Notes under the pieces: generated by a model
What the model was told of the DNA's origin: nothing
What the model saw: only the letters and a program-made list of their open reading frames with translations
The model's database searches: none
Part shown: positions 45,901-53,408 of the stretch, one piece after another
Numbering within the stretch: the stretch's first letter is position 1
Layout: the number at the start of each line of letters is the position of its first letter
Position numbers and translations under genes: made by a program
Assembly (NCBI RefSeq): GCF_000372725.1
Contig: NW_005201791.1
Span: 62,001 to 115,408, forward strand
Length of the DNA stretch: 53,408 nt
Origin: Emiliania huxleyi CCMP1516
Lineage: Eukaryota
Direction: 5' to 3'

Positions 45901-48254
45901 CGCGCAATGGCTCTCAGCCGCCGCCCGCAACGGGTCGGGTGTGTCGCACTTGCCGCTCGGCAGCGGTGGCTAAGGCAGTTAGACCGTGTATCATACACAC
46001 GGTGTCACACGCTTTTACACCCGCAACGGGTACACAGCCGTGTATTGGACTTGCCGCTCGGCAGCGGTGGCTGACGCCGCTGGCCCATGTATCACTCACA
46101 TGGTGTTGCACACATGTATCAGTCACATGGTGTCACACGTCGCACACGCCATCCGCAGCGGAGGCTAGCGCCTCTAACCATGTATCAGTCACATGGTGAG
46201 ATCGCATCGGGCTCGCAATTCGGCAGATCGCTGAGACAACGAGGTCGCGCGGGCTGGCGGGGCTGGGGCGCGGGCGAGCGGGCTCTTCGCGGCGTGGGCC
46301 AGCTGCAGGCAGCGCGCCGGCTATGCATGCTGGGCCCGAAGGGGCCTGCCCAACCACCTACGGTTCGCAGGGTGTGGCGGGAGGGGCGAATCGTGCAGTG
46401 TGAGCGAGCGAGCAAACGCAGCGGGGCAGTGTGCATCGCTCGCGAGCAAGGAGATCGGCGATCGACTTTGTGAAAGCCGAGCACGTGAGGCGCCGTCACA
46501 GCTGTCGCTGTGAATGGCTTATCGGATGGCTACCTGCGAGCGGGCTGCAGGTGGCCGGGAGGTGAGAACCAAGGCCGTCGCGATCGACAGGCCTACTCGT
46601 ACAATACGGGCTCCGCTCCACACCGACCAAACCTCTCGGAGCTAAAAGCGGGAAATAAAAGGAGGGTGGGTGAGGGGAGGGGGGGGGGGGTGAAAACGAC
46701 AAAAAGGGGAATGAGGAGAGGGTTTTGAGCGTGCCCTATACGCCCAGGAATTGGGCGGGGGATCCGGAAACTTTCTTTTTCTGGGAGAAAAAGAAATACA
46801 CCGGCAACAGTACTCACCATGCGTCGCCCATCTCTCCCTGGAGATGACTGCTCTGTTTATTTATTACTCACCATGACTCTGGTGCGCGAACGAATTTCTT
46901 TTTCGTGGGACCGCCAGAGGGTGGGTTCGGACACGCGCACACACACGCCAAAACACCGTTGCAAAGCCACGACCGACACCGACACCTCCCGCCCCGAACC
47001 CCCCCACCCCCACCCCCACCACCAGCCCCCGGCCCCCCGCCCGCGACGAGAACGCGAATGCGTGCACTTCTTAGTTGTTTTGTTTAAATTCTTCTTTTTG
47101 GAATAATCTTCTCTTTCGCTCGCAAAAGAAACGCGCCCGCCTTTCTTTTAAACGAAATCCAAAAACCTGCCGTAATTCGTCAGGGCTCTCCAGGGCTCCC
47201 GCCCGAGATCGCATTCGAAACGATACCGGCGGCCCCATTGACGGCGCCTCAGCGTCCCCCAAAACTCAAGACGTCGAAAGTGATATATATCGCGAGAGCT
47301 GCTTCCGAATGCGGATGGGATAGCCGGTCCCGCCACGCTGGACGGGCCAGCGGCTGGCACGCGCCGGCCACGTCGGCGGCGCGGCGGCCTCATCGCGCTC
47401 GTCGTCTGCGAGGCCACCGCTCGGCGTCGCTGCGTGCGTCGGCGATCGCGCTTGGCTGTGAGGTGGGACGGCGGAATGGTGCGCGCTGGCGTGGGGGTGG
47501 TGCGGGATGTGCGTGCCAGCAAGCCTAGTTTCACCTCCACTCACCCCGCAGACGCGCCGACGTGCTGCCCGAGCGCGTTTGGGGGCAGTGCAGCAGCTCC
47601 TCGCCAGGCGTTCGGAAGGTGCCACACCTCTGTCAGTTCGATTCATGCGACAGACAAGGCGCGGGCGACGGCATCCTCAGAAAGAAGCCGTCGCCCCCAC
47701 ACCACAGGAAGGAGCAGTCGCACGACTCCCACTCCGGCGCCCGCCCACCCCACCCCAACATCCCCACCCCACAACCCCGCCCCACCCCGACACGAGCAAG
47801 GCGACCCCGAAAACTCTCTGGCACGACACCAGGAACGGGACGTTTTCTAGATTTTCACAACAAAAGGCGGTCGCACCGCGCACGATCAACCATCCACGAA
47901 CGATTCACACGCCACTCCTCTCCGCTTTATACACTGGTCGGCCCCGTGAACCTTCTCTCACAGAGTCTGCTGTGAGAGCCCCTTGTGTGTGATCTTCGAG
48001 CGCAAGGGGTTGGTTAGAGAAGCCGTCGCGTCCTCCGGCCACAAAATAGCCGCCGTCCCGAATGCGAATCCCAATAGCCAACGTTCCCGGTTTTGTGTTG
48101 TTTGGCTTCTGTCGCAAAGAGCTGCATGCCACCGAAGGCGCTGTCGAGGTTCGTCGAGCGCGACAGATTGGGGGACACTGTCACCGACGAGCGTAGAGCG
48201 CTGGTCGGAATCCGCTATGACGGCGGCATGGCATGCACACGAGCTGCGGCCGTA

Positions 48255-49705
48255 TAATGGTTGGGTAGTAGGGCTAGAGGGTCGCTCTACACTTAGCCTC
48301 TGCAGCGAGCGAGCGCTCAACTTAGCCCCCGCACGGAGCCGGGCTCGGACTTAGACGCTGTATGGTCGGGGGCCATGAACTTAGACGACACAAGGCCAAC
48401 TCCGGGCAAAACCCGGGTATACCTGCAAAAGTCCAGGTTTACCCGAAAAATGCCTGGACGCGTCCCGACCTTATGGTACCCCTAGGGTTCTGAGGGCCGC
48501 CCTTTTAAGGGCTTTTAAGAAATGAGGAGGTTTGGAGGCTTAGATTGCCATTTAAGAAATGAGGAGGCACGGGGGTCCCTCTTTTAAGACCGTTTAAGAA
48601 AATCGGCCTCGCCGGCATCCGTCGCTGGGTTCCGCGCCGTTTTCTCCAATACTGCCGTTATTAGGCACAAAAACCCGCCTCTGAAGACACATCTGTAAGT
48701 CTGGTGCACTGGCAGGAGCCATACTCGCATAGGGGACGCGTGCTAGCTGACTGTAGCAGCTTCCCGGCCTCCGGCGTCTACCGGGAGCCTCCCGGACCAT
48801 CGACCTCGGGAGCTCTCCCGCACCGTTTAAGCGTTTAAGGCCGTTTAAGGAATCGGCGGCCCAGGCAGCCTTAAAGCGGGCCTAGGCCCCCGTTAAGCCG
48901 TTTAAGCCGCAGGCGCCCCAGGGCCCACCCTTTTAAGCCTAGGGGTACCCTAAGGTCCCGACCAACGTATTGCCGCGCACGACGCCATATCGCCTTGTCC
49001 CAGGGCCAGTGCGCTACTTGCGGCGCGCAACTCCTGCTCAAGTACGCGCACGGTACCATGTGCTGCCGCTATGCGTGTCTTAACTCTTAAGGCGGCTGCG
49101 GCGAAGCGGCGGGCGCGGCATGCCGATGGCAGTGCGGACGATGCGGTTGCGATGTGTTCTGCTTCAAGATCGTGGCGGTGCTTGGCATCGATGCACTTCT
49201 GCGATCCCAATCAGCTCATCGCAAATCTGCAGCGCAACAAGCTGGCTGCTGCCAACAAGGCCCTATGCTACCTCACGCGCGGATCGTTCAAAGAGGACCA
49301 GCATACAAAGGCTTCTGTGACATGCGTTTGTTTGAGCTTGAGGCTATTTTTGTGAGAACTGTTTGGCTTGAAGATTTGCGCTCAAGAAGAAGAGCAACGA
49401 GAATCGGAAGAGGAGGATGCTGAGGCGGCGATTGCTGAGCATGAGAAGGATCGATATCCGGATTAGAAGCCGCCCGCCGCAGGCGAAGAAAATTTGGGGG
49501 CTAGCGCCGTGTATCGTTGATCGGCACGGTCGGGGAGCCTGCCTCTTGGAGCCCCAAGGGCAAGGCCCCGTGCCACGGCAGACTTAGCCCGCATAAGAGG
49601 CTGCCGCCGATGCATCTTAGACCGCGTAAGCACCCCAGCGTGCCAGGGCACACTTAGACCCGCTAAGCCTCGAGGCTCAGAACCTAGACTACTACCCAAC
49701 CAGTG
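48255..49705 (+). mobile_element. Internally deleted hAT-like DNA transposon (1451 bp)
   Basis: 17-bp TIRs, 15/17 matching (TAATGGTTGGGTAGTAG / CTACTACCCAACCAGTG); 8-bp flanks CGGCCGTA / TGGCCGTG; weak BED-finger-like and dimerisation-like peptide remnants. Confidence 0.7.
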
Positions 49706-49919
49706 TGGCCGTGCGCCGTGCCGCCGTCAAGCGTCATAGCGGCCGAGGCGCGGGACCGTCTCGGTGCGGCGAGGAGGTCGCGTCGTGCCCCGATTTCCGT
49801 CATCTGAGCCTCCATACCCTCTAGAGAATCGCCGGAGAGATCCAGCGGCCTGCCGAAGCTGCTGTGTACCCTCCCAGGGCGCCATCCATCCCGCTCGAGG
49901 AGGACATAGTGAAATCCCA

Positions 49920-50566
49920 CACACACGCGACGAACGGACGATATGCTGGCAGCATGAGCATCCGCCAGCACCCCCGTGAGCTGACAGCCCCGCCCCCCTG
50001 CGCACTCCAGTACACTCCTCGTACGCAACACCAGCAAACTACACCATGCTCTCGCCGCCCCCTCTCTCTCGCTCTCGCGCGCGGGGAACCGGAGGCTCCC
50101 CCTGTGCCCACCGGCAGGCAAACGTGCCAGCAACAACCGCGCGAGCCTCCGGCCTCGCTGCGGGCCTCTCTCCCCCCTCGGCCCTGCTCACGCCGCCTCC
50201 TCGGTGGCAAACGTGACGAGCAGCGCCTTCTGCGCGACGACGTCGCCCGCGGCGGCGTGCAGCACGTCGACGGTCGCCTCGGCGGCGGCGACGAGCGTGT
50301 GCTCCATCTTCATCGCCTGCACAACACGAGACAGGGCGGGCGCGGCTCAGAAGAGGGGAGGGCGACACGCGTGCGCGTGCTCCAGCTTCATCGCGCCTCG
50401 AGCACCGCGACCGCCTCGCCCGGCGCGACGCGCTGGCCGGGGGCGACGAGCAGCTGCACGAGCTTGCCTGCGGGACAGCCGACACCCGCGTCTCCCTCGG
50501 GCGATCAAACAGCGAGACGGGCGCGGCCGCGCGCACCCGGCATCGGCGCGACAATCGGCCGTTGCA
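49920..50566 (-). repeat. Duplicate of the MCC-alpha 3' exons and 3' flank (~34237-34888)
   Basis: Near-identical sequence; stop at 50188-50190. Confidence 0.9.
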
Positions 50567-50666
50567 NNNNNNNNNNNNNNNNNNNNNNNNNNNNNNNNNN
50601 NNNNNNNNNNNNNNNNNNNNNNNNNNNNNNNNNNNNNNNNNNNNNNNNNNNNNNNNNNNNNNNNNN

Positions 50667-52023
50667 ACAGGAAGGAGCAGTCGCACGACTCCCACTCCGG
50701 CGCCCGCCCACCCCACCCCAACATCCCCACCCCACAACCCCGCCCCACCCCGACACGAGCAAGGCGACCCCGAAAACTCTCTGGCACGACACCAGGAACG
50801 GGACGTTTTCTAGATTTTCACAACAAAAGGCGGTCGCACCGCGCACGATCAACCATCCACGAACGATTCACACGCCACTCCTCTCCGCTTTATACACTGG
50901 TCGGCCCCGTGAACCTTCTCTCACAGAGTCTGCTGTGAGAGCCCCTTGTGTGTGATCTTCGAGCGCAAGGGGTTGGTTAGAGAAGCCGTCGCGTCCTCCG
51001 GCCACAAAATAGCCGCCGTCCCGAATGCGAATCCCAATAGCCAACGTTCCCGGTTTTGTGTTGTTTGGCTTCTGTCGCAAAGAGCTGCATGCCACCGAAG
51101 GCGCTGTCGAGGTTCGTCGAGCGCGACAGATTGGGGGACACTGTCACCGACGAGCGTAGAGCGCTGGTCGGAATCCGCTATGACGGCGGCATGGCATGCA
51201 CACGAGCTGCGGCCGTATAATGGTTGGGTAGTAGGGCTAGAGGGTCGCTCTACACTTAGCCTCTGCAGCGAGCGAGCGCTCAACTTAGCCCCCGCACGGA
51301 GCCGGGCTCGGACTTAGACGCTGTATGGTCGGGGGCCATGAACTTAGACGACACAAGGCCAACTCCGGGCAAAACCCGGGTATACCTGCAAAAGTCCAGG
51401 TTTACCCGAAAAATGCCTGGACGCGTCCCGACCTTATGGTACCCCTAGGGTTCTGAGGGCCGCCCTTTTAAGGGCTTTTAAGAAATGAGGAGGTTTGGAG
51501 GCTTAGATTGCCATTTAAGAAATGAGGAGGCACGGGGGTCCCTCTTTTAAGACCGTTTAAGAAAATCGGCCTCGCCGGCATCCGTCGCTGGGTTCCGCGC
51601 CGTTTTCTCCAATACTGCCGTTATTAGGCACAAAAACCCGCCTCTGAAGACACATCTGTAAGTCTGGTGCACTGGCAGGAGCCATACTCGCATAGGGGAC
51701 GCGTGCTAGCTGACTGTAGCAGCTTCCCGGCCTCCGGCGTCTACCGGGAGCCTCCCGGACCATCGACCTCGGGAGCTCTCCCGCACCGTTTAAGCGTTTA
51801 AGGCCGTTTAAGGAATCGGCGGCCCAGGCAGCCTTAAAGCGGGCCTAGGCCCCCGTTAAGCCGTTTAAGCCGCAGGCGCCCCAGGGCCCACCCTTTTAAG
51901 CCTAGGGGTACCCTAAGGTCCCGACCAACGTATTGCCGCGCACGACGCCATATCGCCTTGTCCCAGGGCCAGTGCGCTACTTGCGGCGCGCAACTCCTGC
52001 TCAAGTACGCGCACGGTACCATG
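50667..52023. repeat. Duplicate of 47704-49060, including the hAT left end at 51218
   Basis: Essentially identical at offset 2963; bounded by N gaps. Confidence 0.9.
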
Positions 52024-52126
52024 GCGNNNNNNNNNNNNNNNNNNNNNNNNNNNNNNNNNNNNNNNNNNNNNNNNNNNNNNNNNNNNNNNNNNNNNNNNNN
52101 NNNNNNNNNNNNNNNNNNNNNNNNNN

Positions 52127-53408
<1,282 letters not shown>

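Noticed and set aside
50667..52023. Independent second hAT insertion
   Set aside because: Flanking DNA is also identical and the contig is gap-bounded, so it is most likely assembly redundancy.

Overview
Gappy, very GC-rich eukaryotic scaffold, most consistent with a haptophyte such as Emiliania/Gephyrocapsa huxleyi. That assignment is inferred from GC content, 10-11 bp intronic minisatellites, GC splice donors and gene families, and is not proven. Recognisable genes: a flavin amine-oxidase N-terminus, a secreted Cys-repeat protein, a PTPMT1-like phosphatase, a YdhR-like protein, a GT23/NodZ-like fucosyltransferase fragment, an intronless astacin protease, a disrupted R-S-E ADP-ribosyltransferase, a disrupted methyltransferase, a CAX Ca2+/H+ exchanger, a FATP fragment, an AP2+EF-hand protein, tRNA-Gly(GCC) and two partial copies of methylcrotonyl-CoA carboxylase alpha. 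Mobile DNA includes a TA-inserting MITE seen in filled, excised and empty states, CRE-like retroelement fragments, SINE-like 3' ends, a deleted hAT element and a ~4 kb 102-bp satellite. The strongest signal is intron architecture. Many predicted introns begin with a copy of the downstream exon start (giving GT, GC or GA donors) and are filled with either a shared CTAGA(A/G)GCGG element or 10-11 bp minisatellites. Several also contain an internal copy of the spliced junction. This looks like ongoing duplication-coupled intron gain. All splice sites are predicted by eye from protein conservation, with no transcript data.
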